Source of the DNA: Malacoraja senta
Taxonomy: Eukaryota
Reading direction: 5' to 3'
DNA: 60,000 nt
NCBI GenBank assembly: GCA_038087875.1
Contig: CM075992.1
Span: forward strand, 1,676,001 to 1,736,000
Shown here one piece after another: positions 1 through 43,000 of the stretch. Position 1 is the first letter of the stretch. Every line of letters starts with the position of its first letter. A model generated the notes under the pieces. It saw nothing but the letters and a program-made list of their open reading frames with translations, made no database searches and had not been told where the DNA came from. Both the position numbers and the translations under genes were made by a program.

Positions 1-819
1 GAATCGGGCCAGGGCTGGGAACTGAATATTCAAGGGTATACCTTCTATCGAAAAGACAGACAGATTTATTCATGTGAAGGTGAGGTGATGCACTTTGCTG
101 AGACAAACCAGGGCTGGACATACACAGTAAACGGGGAACTTTATAGAACTGAGAGATCTCGGGCTGCAGGTATACAGTGCCATGGAAGATGCAACACTGA
201 CAGTGCAGGTTGGGTGGTGAAGAATGTGTTTGTCACATGCTTTATAGGTCAGGATATTAAATACAGCGTTTGGCACAATAAGGTTGTTAGCAAATGAGAG
301 AGGTTGCAAAAGGATTTATGATAATTTAATTGTCTGTAGGACTGGGTTATAAGGAATGAACTGGAGAGAGAGAGAGAGGGGGGGGGGGGGACACTGGCTC
401 ACAGGCAGGCAGTAAAGGCAGAATTGAATTGTATTCACAACGTACTTCAAGATGAAGTCAATTTGGAAACATTTACCCTGATGAACAGAACACTCAGACA
501 AGGCTCAACACCCCATCCATCTAATCAACACTTAGCAGAGTCACACTCTGCAACATTACTTACAACCTATTTACAAGGTGAATGTCCAGGTTTGCAGCCA
601 TCCAATCCATTCTATGCATTTGACAGGGTTTGCAAGGTTTCCAATTCTTTGCATGCAAATTGTATCTGTTCCAGATTTCCAGGCATCTCTCGCTCGCAGC
701 CTGTCTGTCCCACAGAGCTATTCCAATTTGACCAAATCTCCCAGCAAACACCATTTTGAAGTCCAAACACTCTTCTCCTCAGACGGACTAAGGTGGACTG
801 TGAATTATATCTAAAGAGT

Positions 820-855
<36 letters not shown>

Positions 856-943
856 GATTAGGGTGCCTGCCTGCCTCTCTCTCTCTCCATCTCTCTCTCT
901 CTGTCACTCTCCCCCTGTCTCCTCCTCTCTGTCTCTCCCTCCA

Positions 944-1115
944 GCCAGTGTCCAGCAGCCGGAGAAGCCAGTGTCCAGCAGCCGGAGAAGCCAGTGTCCA
1001 GCAGCCGGAGAAGCCAGTGTCCAGCAGCCGGAGAAGCCAGTGTCCAGCAGCCGGAGAAGCCAGTGTCCAGCAGCCGGAGAAGCCAGTGTCCAGTGGCCGG
1101 AGAAGCCAGTGTCCA
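944..1115. repeat. 23-bp minisatellite (GCCAGTGTCCAGCAGCCGGAGAA), ~7.5 copies, flanked by (GA)n/(CT)n microsatellites
   Basis: Units start at 944, 967, 990, 1013, 1036, 1059, 1082, 1105. Confidence 0.95.
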
Positions 1116-1171
1116 ACTCCAGAAATCTTCTGTTTCTGTTGCTGCTCCATTTGCTGGAACCTTGGTTGCTT

Positions 1172-1221
<50 letters not shown>

Positions 1222-1418
1222 GGGAGAGAGAGAGAGAGAAAAGGGGGAAAGTGCAGAGAATCAATTTTTGAAAATGTTTCCTCTTTTTCAACTCTACAGA
1301 TCAAAAGAATGAAGGAGGATAAAGGAACCTGATGGCCAATCCTGGATCTCACAGGCAATAAAGGCAGAATTAGACTGCGGTCAGTTAGTGAGTGAGTAAG
1401 TAAAAACACACAGTACAG

Positions 1419-1456
<38 letters not shown>

Positions 1457-2055
1457 GGGGGAACATACTGTGGTGAGTTGAGCAAGGTTTAATACTTACA
1501 GGGGGTGAAAGTACAAGTGGCAGAGAGAGAGAGAGAGAGCATTTTGGCCTTTTTCCCCACTTTTTGGTGGGTGAAAGTTGCCTGCAGCAGCCCCCCCCCC
1601 CCCCCCCCCCCAGTGGTACGAAGGAATTTGCTCCTAGCCTCCAAATGTCAGGTCGTACTCCCCTCCTGTCATATGACCTGATGACAAGTGATAAGAGCAG
1701 AATAAGGCCATTCGGCCCATCCAGTCTACTCTGCCATTCAATCATGACTGATCTATCTCTCCCTCCTAAACCCATTCTCCTGCCATCTTTCCCATAACCC
1801 CGGACACCCGTACCAATCAAGAATCTATCTATCTATCTCTGCTTTAAAGATACCCACTGAATTGGCCTGCGCAGCCTTCCGTGACAAAGAATTGCACAGA
1901 TTCACCGCCCTCTGACTAAAGAAATTCCTTCTCATCTCCTTCCTCAAGGAAGGTCCTTTTATTCTGAGGCTGTGACCTCTGGTCCTGGACTCTTCCGCTA
2001 GTGGAGACATCCTCCCCCACATCCAAGCCCTGGATACACCTGTGGGCTGGCGTAC

Positions 2056-32532
<30,477 letters not shown>

Positions 32533-33130
32533 GGCGCCGACGTGAGGCTTTCTCCGATCCCGATCCGATCCGATCCCGGCCGCGCCCCCGGACTCGCTCA
32601 CTCCCAGCGCCTGCGGCCTGCGCTTCCGCTCCCGCCCAGACCCTCCCATTGGCCAGCGCCGCCGTCACTCAGCCCGGACAACCAATGACAACTCCGGTCT
32701 GAGAAAAGGGGGCGGGCTTCAGCCGGTGCAACTCGGATTGGGCAAGACCGCCGTCAATCGCCAGGAGCAACCAAATCAAACCGCACTACTGGAAACGGGG
32801 CGGGCAATAGGGGCGTCATTATTGTGCAGCTCTACTCTGATTGGGCGCGATCGCCGTCAATCCCGGCAAAGAGGGCGGGCTTTAGCTCACGTCACACGCG
32901 CAGCCTCTAACCTGATTGGGTTAGACCACAGTCAATGTCGTACGAGCTCAGCCCCATTGGTCCATTCCTGTGTCGGGTTTTGCATAACACACGCCCACCA
33001 CCGTCCCCATTGGTTGGTAGAGACGTCATTTATTCGGACGCCGGCGGTGATTGGTCTACGCGCCTTGGTCCCGCCCCCTCCGCGCGGCCATGACGTCATG
33101 TCCCCGGGGCTCCGGCTTCCATGGCCTCTG
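32533..33130 (-). promoter_or_regulatory. DNM2 CpG-island promoter/5'UTR with multiple CCAAT boxes, GC boxes and a CRE
   Basis: CpG-rich; ATTGG/CCAAT at about 32648, 32682, 32737, 32840, 32915, 32956, 33009, 33050; GGGCGG at ~32710, ~32798, ~32873; TGACGTCA at ~33091. Confidence 0.8.
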
Positions 33131-33342
33131 ATGATGTCACCCGGGCCCGGGGGTGTTTACCGTCGCCATGGAGACGCAGAGTGCTGGAGTCACCCAGTGG
33201 GTCACAGGCAGCATCTCTGGAGAGATGTTTATTGTCATGTGTCCCAGGTAGGACAATGACATTCTTACTTTGCTTCAGCACAACAGAATATAGAAGGCAC
33301 GAATACAGAACAGATCAGTGTGTCCATATACCATTATATAAA

Positions 33343-33377
<35 letters not shown>

Positions 33378-33379
33378 TT

Positions 33380-33885
33380 AAATTTTTATTTATTAGAAGT
33401 ACATTACATTACAACCACATACATTAGTACTCGTCACTTACGTCTTCTTACAATTAATGTACTCCATTTATTTTTTACACTAGAAAAAGAAAAGATTGAA
33501 AGAAAGAAGAAAGTGAAGGAAAAAGTGAAAGTGTAGAAAATGTGACAACAAAAAAGGACGAAGACCCTATAAGAGCAAAATTTAAAAAACAAAAGAAAAA
33601 GAGTTAAGAAATAGACCCTAGAAAAGAAAGAGAAAGAGAAAAAGAGAGAAACAAATATTTTTATGAGCATTACGTAAATGGGGACATACCAACTCTTCAA
33701 CTAGCATCCCCCTGACCTCAATTTTTTTTTAAAGTACTTTTGCACCCTATATTTGTATAATTCTATAAATGCAGACCACGTCAGGTGGAAGTGATCTGGT
33801 TTACCTGCTAGGAGGAGTCTTATCTCTTCTAGGTGTAATATTTCGAACATATTTGAAGTCCACATATTTATAGTTGAAATCTAAT
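33380..33885 (-). mobile_element. L1/Tx1-like LINE 3' end remnant
   Basis: Degenerate ORF2-like C-terminus (MWTSNMFE..LEEIRLLLAGKPDHFHLTWSAFIEL), T-rich 3'UTR and AATAAAAA/(TA)n tail. Confidence 0.55.
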
Positions 33886-33899
33886 TATATAATATCAAC

Positions 33900-34650
33900 G
33901 TGACCCCACCACCTCGCCACATCTTCCCATCTCCCCCCCCATGTCTGCCTTCCGCAAAGACCGCTCCGTAACTCCCCTTGTCAATTCTTTCCCTTCCCTC
34001 CCATACCACCCCCTCCCCTGGTACTTTCCCTTGCAACCCGCAAGAGATGCAACACTTGTCCCCTTCACCTCCCCCCTCGACTCCATTCAAGGACCCAAGC
34101 AGTCGTTCCAGGTGCGACAGAGGTTCACCTGCATCTCCTCCAACCTCATCTATTGCATCTGCTGCTCTAGATGCCAGCTGATCTACATCGGTGAGACCAA
34201 GCGGAGGCTTGGCGATCGTTTCGCCGAACACCTCCGGTCGGTCCGCAATAACCAACCCTGAGCTCCCGGTGGCTCAGCACTTCAACTCCCCCTCCCATTC
34301 CGTATCTGACCTCTCTGTCCTGGGTCTCCTCCATGGCCACAGCGAGCAACACCGTAAATTGGAGGAAATGCACCTCATATTCCGCTTGGGCAGTCTACAT
34401 CTGGGGGCTTGAACATTTGAATTCTCCCAATTCTGCTAGCCCTTGCTGTCCCCTCCCCTTCATCAGCCCTCTGGTTGTCTCCTCCCCCTCCCCCAACCCT
34501 CGGGCTCCTCCTCCACCTTTTTCCCTTTTTCCTTTCTTCCCCCCACCCCCTATCAGTCTGAAGAAGGGTTTCAGCCCGAAACGTTGCCTATTTCCTTCTC
34601 TCCATAGATGCTGCTGCACCCGCTGAGTTTCTCCAGCATTTTTGTGTACC
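33900..34650 (+). mobile_element. Penelope-like element 3' fragment (GIY-YIG endonuclease) plus terminal repeat
   Basis: ORF 33941..34261: FTCISSNLIYCICCSRCQLIYIGETKRRLGDRFAEHLRS; followed by the abundant CTGAAGAAGGG...CCGAAACG terminal module. Confidence 0.88.
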
Positions 34651-34829
34651 TACCATTATATAAATATATACACACATCAATAAATAAACTGATAAAAGTG
34701 CAAATAAACAGATAATGGGCTATTAATGTTCAGAAGGTAAACAAAAGTGCTGGAGAAACTCAGCAGGTGAAAAAGCAGCATCTATGGGAGCGAAGGAAAT
34801 GGGCAACATTTCGGGCCGAAACCCTTCGG

Positions 34830-35165
34830 CAGAGTTTGTTTAAGTTGAGTTCAATAGCCTGATGGCTGTGGGGAAGTAGCTGTTTCTGAACCTGGTCGTT
34901 GCAGTCTTCAGGCTCCTGTACCTTTTCTACCTGAAGGTAGTAGGAGATGAGTGTGTGGCCAGGATGGTGTGGGTCCTTGATGATGCTGCCAGCCTTTTGA
35001 GTCAACGACTGCGATAGATCCCCTCGATGGTAGGGAGGTCAGAGCCGATGATGGACTGGGCAGTGTTTACTACTTTTTGTAGTCCTTTCCGCTCCTGGGC
35101 GCTCAAGTTGGCGAACCAAGCCACGATGCAACCGTCAGCATGCTCTCTACTGTGCACCTGTAGAA
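34830..35165 (-). mobile_element. Rex1/Babar-like LINE 3' fragment
   Basis: Near-identical to 56090-56420; related pieces at ~33228-33340 and ~45770-46035. Confidence 0.8.
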
Positions 35166-37237
35166 GGAATGGGTGAGCAGCCACTCACTCCCAATGCATA
35201 GTCCCAGTAGGACCAGAGGGCACAGCCTCAGAATAAAAGAGTGTACCTTTAGAAAGGAGATGTGGAGGAATTTATTTAGCCAGAGGGTGGTGAATATAGA
35301 TTAGTTTAGAGATACAGCACGGAAACAGGCCCCTTTGGCCCAATGCGTCCGCACCAACCACCGATTCCACACCGGGGACAATTTCTCCAAGCCATTTAAC
35401 CTTCAAACCCGCACCCAAACCGAAGAACTATAGAAACATAGCATAGAAAATAAGCGCAGGAGGAGGCCATTCGGCCCTTCGAGCCAGCACGCCATTCATT
35501 GTGATCATGGCTGATCGTCCCCAATCAATAACCCGTGCCTGCTTTCTCCCCATATCCCTTGATTCCACTAGCCCCTAGAGCTCTATCTAACTCTCTCTTA
35601 AATCCATCCAGTGACTTGGCCTCCACTGCCCTCTGTAGCAGGGAATTCCACAAATTCACAACTCTCTGGGTGAAAACGTTTTTTTCTCACCTCAGTCTAA
35701 ATGCCTCCCTTTATTCTAAGACTGCGGCCCCTGGTTCTGGACTCGCCCAACATTGGGAACATTTTTCCAGCATCTAGCTTGTCCAGTCCTTTTATAATTT
35801 TATATGTTTCTATAAGATTCCCCCTCATCCTTCTAAACTCCAGCGGAATACAAGCCTAGTCTTTTCAATCCTTTCTCATAAGAAGACTAGTCCCGCCATC
35901 CCAGGGATCAATCTCGTGAACCTACGCTGCACTGCCTCAATCACAAGGATGTCCTTCCTCAAATTAGGAGACCAAAATTGTACGCAATATTCCAGATGTG
36001 GTTGGTACATCAAGAGAAAACCCACGCAGGTCACGGGGAGAACGTACAAACTCCGTACAGACAGCACCCGTGGTCGGGATCGAAGCCGAGTCTCTGGCGC
36101 AGCAAGCGCTGTAAGGCAGCAACTCTACCGCTGCGCCACCGTGTGCCGCCCAGCTGCGGATCTCAATGTTGCAGACGACTGTGGAGGCCAAGACAAACCG
36201 GGTTTAGGAAGGAAGTGCAGATGCTGGTTTACACCAGAGACAAACACAGAATGCTGGAGTAACTCAGCAGGACAGGCAGCATCTCGGGAGAGAAGGAATG
36301 GGTGAGCAAGGAGGCAACCTCGGGTGAGCCGTCACTCAAGAGTTTTGGTTCAGTTAAGTTTCTCCGAGATCTTCGGTTTCTTCTCACACTCCGTAGACGT
36401 ACAGGTTTGTAGGTTAATTGGCTTGGGTTTGCATACCTGGTGTAAGTGTAAATTGTCCCCAGTGTGTGTGTAGGATAGTGTTGATGTGCGGGGATCGCTA
36501 GTCGGTGCGGACTCAGTGGGCCGAAGGGCCTGTATCCGCATTTCTAAACTAAATTAAACATCGCGATTTGGAAATGCATCATTGTCAGGTTTAAATCACA
36601 TTATACCCGAAGCAACAGCTTGAGAACTGGGCAGGAAGTGAAACAATGATCTCACCATTCACCCCTGAGAATTACTGTCATTCTTCCTACTGGAGTAAAT
36701 TATGACTTGACCAGATCTTGAACAATGGCACACACACACCATGGGGATATTCTTGACTTTAATTCTTTATTTTAAATTTGATACAATATTGCCTGAAGCA
36801 GAAGCAACAAGCTCAGCTCAATACCTTTGAGTTTCAAGCTAGCACTAAGGTGGCTGGAATGCAGAACTGATTAGACAATAGACAATAGGTGCAGGAGTAG
36901 GCCATTCGGCCCTTCGAGCCAGCACCGCCATTCAATGTGATCATGGCTGATCATCCACAATCAGTACCCCGTTCCTGCCTTCTCCCCATATCCCCTGACT
37001 CCGTTATTTTTAACATTGGTTTCTTATTTATGTCCAGGCACAGCCAGTGTGAAGGATAGCTGAACCACAATGACATTCCATACCAGTCGACCCCCAGTTC
37101 AAAGGGACAGTTGTGATACTCACTGGGAAGACTCGGGAGCTTCCTTTTCCTACTTGAAGTCTTAGTGGTGCCTTAGTCAGCTCAATATTTAGAATCAATC
37201 AACTGGAAGACGTTAGCAGTGTTGCAAGCCTTAGTCT

Positions 37238-37243
37238 TTTATT
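37238..37243 (-). terminator. Candidate polyadenylation signal of the UCK gene (implies a ~2.7-kb 3'UTR)
   Basis: AATAAA on the minus strand at the end of a mostly unique, UTR-like stretch; a second candidate at 36766-36771. Confidence 0.5.
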
Positions 37244-39907
37244 GATCTTTATAAATTCCTTTTCAGTTATTTACATATACTAAAAATAAACATCTGATGG
37301 AAATGAACACAAATTTCAGTTCAGTTCATCCCTCTCTGCGAGTAGCAGTGAACAAACAGGCTACGAAAACCAAGCCACGTAAATCACAAAACATCAGACC
37401 TTGGTCTTTTCAGCTTGTTGCTCAACGGTACTCACCACTCACCCACATCATTAAACATCAATTTAATTCAACAGACTTCAAGTAATAGGCATTAAGTGCA
37501 AGACTGTTGTTCATGGTCAGGCAGCAGAATGGTGAACAGAGAAATAAGCAAATAGCTGTTGGAAAAAAAAAATCCTGCAATATTGCCACAGGTCAGCTGT
37601 GCACACCTCATCCCCTCCTCCTTCCTCCCCCAATCCCCACACTGACGAGGAACCGCTCGATTACACAAAGCGCGGTTGGAATCGCGGCAATTGGTGGATC
37701 CCAGCTGTCGACAAAACAAAGAGTGATGTTCGCCCACTACGCTTCATCCGTGTCAATGCTCCGTGTAGATTGTAGAGCATTGGAGTCAGACAGGACAATT
37801 CAGAAATGTCTTTCAACCACAGGAAAACAAAAACCAAGGGATGAATGCATTGGCAGCCGGGAAGTGGACAAGCTTGGGTTAGTGCCACTTCAGTCTGAGC
37901 ACAATGCCTCAAATCACACACAACATTTACTTCAAACACAAAACACTGTCAGGACACAGCAATCCCAACTCCCCTCAGAGGAGGGGGGGGGGGGGGGTTC
38001 TCTGTAACTGTTAAATACTGTAGCCTCATGAAATGAACTTGGCATTTTTTTCTCAAATCATTCCAGTTTGATTGTTAATTATGACATCCTTGCGCCCCCC
38101 CCCTAAACATGAAATAATACAACAGGTGCCACGAGCAGGTTATCCAATGGCAGTTCCTCAGCAAGTTACTGAACTGTTCTCCCAGTCCCACTCCTCATGC
38201 CTATTTCAGGGCAATAGGACAGATTCCAGTGATGAGCGTGAGACCCAGTTAAAGTGCAATTCCAGTCAAACCTAAAGTTTACATTTTTACATACCTTCAC
38301 AATCTCAATAATTAAACATAACACACTGTGTCTGACACGGTGCAGCACCCTAGTGGGTAGCTGTCCGTCAGAGATAACTACCACATTAATACAGTTTTTC
38401 TCATGCTATGTAAATCCCACCGAGCTTCTTGATGGCCAGACTATAACAAAGGCCATAATGGCAAGTGGTTGGTAACAAATTAAAAGGCTGTAACCCTTCC
38501 AAAGATAAACACAAAATGCTGGAGTAACTCAGCGGGACAGGCAGCATCTCTGGATAGAAAGAATGGGTGACATTTCGAGTCAAGACCCTTCTTCAGGCTT
38601 ACAGAGGAGTCTGAAGAAGGGTCACGACCAGAAACGTCGCCCATTCCTTCTCTCCAGAGATGCTGCCTGTCCCGCTGAGTTACTCCAGAATTTTGTGTCT
38701 AACTGGAGTTCCTTCCTATGCTGTAACCATTCGCATGAATTGAGTTATGGAAGAATTTTAACTTGCTGCCTCCGTGTGAAAATCTCGCACATTAAACCAT
38801 TAAGAACAGCCATTTACGGATCAGCAGCAGCGTGGATTTATCCAGAGAGCGCTGACACAAATCTGCCAGAACACTCTCTTATCCATTTGGAGAAGCCAAA
38901 TGGGCAAGATCTGGAGACGTTAGATATAACAGTACCTGGTATAAGCCCTATATTAACTCATCCAAGAGACAAGGGAGACATGCACCAGCAGAATTGAATG
39001 CCTCCAGGAACCAGTGGAGAGACAAAACATGGCTAGGGTGGGATAATGAATGTCAGTTCACGTCAGATTTTACTCAGCAGCTCATTTACCGACAGGTGAT
39101 AAGCCAGAGCTGAAGCCAGCTACACAAAGCCTCAGGGTAATGTGTACATTTCTGGGCATCGCATTATAGAAAGGATACCCTTAACTAGGTGTGAATGAGG
39201 GGAAGGAAATGATTGCATCTTGCACCAGTGATAGAAAACACTGCTTGGGATGCAAGTGTGTCTCGATAGACTCACAAAAGTGCGTGCAAAGCTCAACTAT
39301 AGCACTAGATGGACTTTACTACACTGAATCCATACAAGGGTAGTCTATGTGGCACAATTCTTTCATGGCACAATCGAACCACTGTGCAATGTCTATTTAA
39401 TGGTCTCCTTGAGACTTGCTTCAAGCAAGTTGTTATGTGTTCCGGTTAATTCACTGAATGCAGGCATCTTATACAGGGTAGAGGGTGATGGTTCAAATCC
39501 CACAGTACAGATAATCACTCGCCCACACACAGACCAGGCTGTGACACCTCATATTAGGTCAGAATTCAACATGGCACTTATCCTTAGGTGGAATCTCCAA
39601 ACCAAGGAGGAGGGGGGGGGGGGGCTACACACCACAAGTGCTCCATCCCACTCCCCAAAGTGAACAGAAGGCTCTGGGGTCAATGCCCCCTTTGACGGAT
39701 ACACAGCCCAATCAATAATTCCAGATGCATTGAACCACTCCTGTGCACTCGCTGCCTACTGCTAACACAGGGAAGTCAGTGAAATGAGACCTTGCAATGA
39801 GGAAAGAGGGGGGGGTTGGGAGGGGGGGGAGCACAGCTATCCTCACGGCGAGACTCTCGACGGTGAAGAAGTGGATGGTGACGGTGCTCCCAGGCTGTGG
39901 TCCGGGG

Positions 39908-40041
39908 TCAGTGTGGCCGGGTGCTGGACTCGGAGCTGTGACGGGTGCGCAGTATGGAGTGTCCATTCACAAAGCCATTGCGTTTGGTCAGGCCACCTGC
40001 CAGGATATCCTGAATGTGCTGCACAATCAGGTTGATGGCAA
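39908..40041 (-). CDS. UCK exon 7, terminal coding ([44 protein letters not shown])
   Basis: 134 nt including TGA. Confidence 0.94.
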
Positions 40042-43000
40042 CTGGAATGAGAAAAGAAAGATTTCAAATGCATGCCACAATCAAACCTGCCAACTGCTCA
40101 TTTCACTTTCCAACACCCCCCCCCCCCCCCCTCCCCTTCAAGTTTCCACACCTTCATGGATTAGGTTCACAAGTTACAGGAGTAGAATTAGGCCATTCGG
40201 CCCATCGAGTCTACTCCACCATTCAATCATGGCTGATCTCTGGCTCCTAATCCCATTTTCCTGCCTTCTCCCCATAACCCTTGTCACCCGTTCTAATCAA
40301 GAATTTGTCTATCTCTGCCTTAAACGTATACACTGACTTGGCTTCCACTGCCCTCTGTGGCAATGAGTTCCACAGATTAACTACCCTCTGACTAAAGAAG
40401 TTCCTCCTCACCTCCTTTCTAATTCTTTAATTTAAATTTAATTTAATTCTGACTACGCCTGATAAAGCAGTTTTTTGCATTCCAGCCCTCTTGATATAAT
40501 CGCTAGCATTGAATTTGCCTTCCTTACTACCGAGTCGACTTGCAAATTAACTTTATGGGAGTCCTGCACCAGCATTCCGATTTCTGGATTCTCCCCCCTT
40601 TTAGAATATAAGGACATAGGAAAAGTGCCAAGGGGTGAGGCTGGGCTGGCGACAGAAGTACTGTGCACCGCAGAACCTCCTGACGATTTACAAGAAGATA
40701 AGAGGTTTGGAATGAATAATAAAGGAGAAAGCAAAATGCCACTGGTGAGTCAATCAATTGATGATTGTCTTGGCCAAGGTCCAAAATGTGTGAGAGGCAG
40801 CATTGTTTTCTGTTCTATGTAAAGGAAATGGAAATAGATGCCATCAATTAACTTTATTGAAGATTATTACACTCATGTTCCAGGAATACAACATTACTGG
40901 CAAAGCCAGCATTTATTATCCACCCTTACACACACCGAGTAGATGGTAGAGGTGATCGCTTGTCATTCAGGGTTCCCTATTCCTGCCAGCCTTGTCCTTC
41001 ACTCTCAGAGGAACGTTTTGGTTTTGAACACTCCCCAGCTCAATTAAAAAAAAACAACTCAGGTATCAGAAATGTCTGAAGAAGGGTCTCGACCCGAAGC
41101 GTCACCTATTCCTTCGCTCCATAGATGCTGCCTCACCCGCTGTGTTTCTCCAGCATTTTTGTCTGCTCACGTATCAGACCCGTTACCTGTAAATTGGCAC
41201 CACCAATAAACTTTTCTAAGTTCTTAGTTTTGTTTAGAGATACAGCACGGAAACAGGTCCACCAAGTCCACGCCCACCAGCGATCCCCGCATATTAACAC
41301 TATCCTACACACACTAGCGACAATTTACATTTATACAAAGTCAATTAACCTACAAACCTGTATGCCATTGGAATGTGGGAGGAAACCGAAGATCTCTGGA
41401 GAAGACGTACAAACTCCGTACAGACAGCACCCGTAGCTGGGATCTAACCCGGGTCTCTGGCGCTGTAAGGCAGCAACTCTACTGCTGCGCCACCGTGCTG
41501 ATGGGACAAGGCTGATTTTGATGATATTAGATAAGATGGGGGATCTTGTCTAATATCATCAAAATCAACCTTGTCAGAAATTAGGAATCCTACATTTGGA
41601 CCAGTCCTATCCATTTTCGTAATATTAAAAAAACTAATGGAATTATCATCACTAGTGCCCCCCCCCCCACGAATAGCTCATTCACCCGTCCTGCCTTATT
41701 CCCCCCCCCCCCCCCGCAAGTCATGTTTTGCCCCTCCTCTAACGGGGGCATCTACATATTGACTGAGAAGATTTCCTGAACACACTTAACAAATTCCACT
41801 CCATCCACACCCTTAGAGCTATGGCAATCCATTTGCAAAGTTAAAATCCCCCACCATTCTTTGCCACAGAAGACCGTGGAGGCCAAGCCAAGGGATATTT
41901 TTAAGGCAGGGATAGATAGGTTCTTGATTAGTACGGGTGTCATGGATTTTGGGGAGAAGGCGGGAGAATGGGGTTAGGAGGGAGAGATAGATCAGCCTTG
42001 ATTGAATGGCGGAGTAGACATGATGGGCCGAATAGCCCAATTTTGCTCCTACCACTTATGAGAACCCCTAATATTTGATTGAAGTAAAAGATACAGCATG
42101 GACCAGTGTCCACACCAACCACTGATCACCCATTCAAACCAGTTCTACATTATCCCACTTTCTCATCCACTCTTTTGTCTTTGATCAACTAGACTCTGAC
42201 AACTTGCTTTCGTTTTCTAGGCTCACTTTATTTACTTTGCACAAGGAGAGAGGCACAGCGCCAGTTACCGAGCAACTCGAACATTCTGCTCGGAAGTCGC
42301 AACTTTTATACAGACTTTGATCAATTGAAATCTCTTAATTCCTTATCACCAACCACAATACGTTCTTAAAAGCATTAATATATAATAAAAACAACATGCC
42401 ATTTAATCCTGTTTACATTTAATCTTACAAGATAACTCTCAAGGTCCTTGTACTGTAGTTTCAGCTGGCTGCATGTCAAAGGACGTCTTTGAAATGCTGC
42501 ATGTACAAATGCCCTCGTGCTGTACAGCTATCCCAACCTTTGTCATACTGCAGCTTCCACAGCTCCCCACACACCCCGAGCAATCTTTATAGAGGCCAAT
42601 TAACCTACAAACCTGGAGGAAAGAATTGCGTATGCTGGTTTAAACCAAAAATGACACAAAATGCTTGAGTAACTCAGCGGGTCAGGCAGCCTCTCTGGAG
42701 AAAAGGAACAGGTGATGTTTCGGATCGAGACCCTTCTTCAGACTTAAGGAGGATTCTGAAGAAGGACCTTGACCTGAAACGTCACCTATTCCTTTTCTCC
42801 AGAGAGGCTGCCTGACCCGCTGGGTTACTCCAGCATTTTGTGCCTATCTTCAACCAACAAACCTGCACGTCTTGGGATGTGGAAGGAAATCGGAGCACCC
42901 GGAGGAAACCCACTCTGTCACAGGGACAGCACCCAAGGTCAGGATCGAACCCGGGTCTCTGAACACTGCTCTACCAGCTGTGCTACTATGCTGCCAAATT

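Noticed and set aside
944..1115. Regular 23-bp repeats resembling a CRISPR array, and repetitive ORFs across 788-1409
   Set aside because: Units are contiguous with no unique spacers, in a vertebrate intron; it is a minisatellite and the ORFs are by-products.
33160..33230. Kozak-like GCCATGG upstream of the DNM2 promoter, suggesting a divergent gene
   Set aside because: It runs directly into Penelope-derived and LINE repeat sequence; no exon structure follows.
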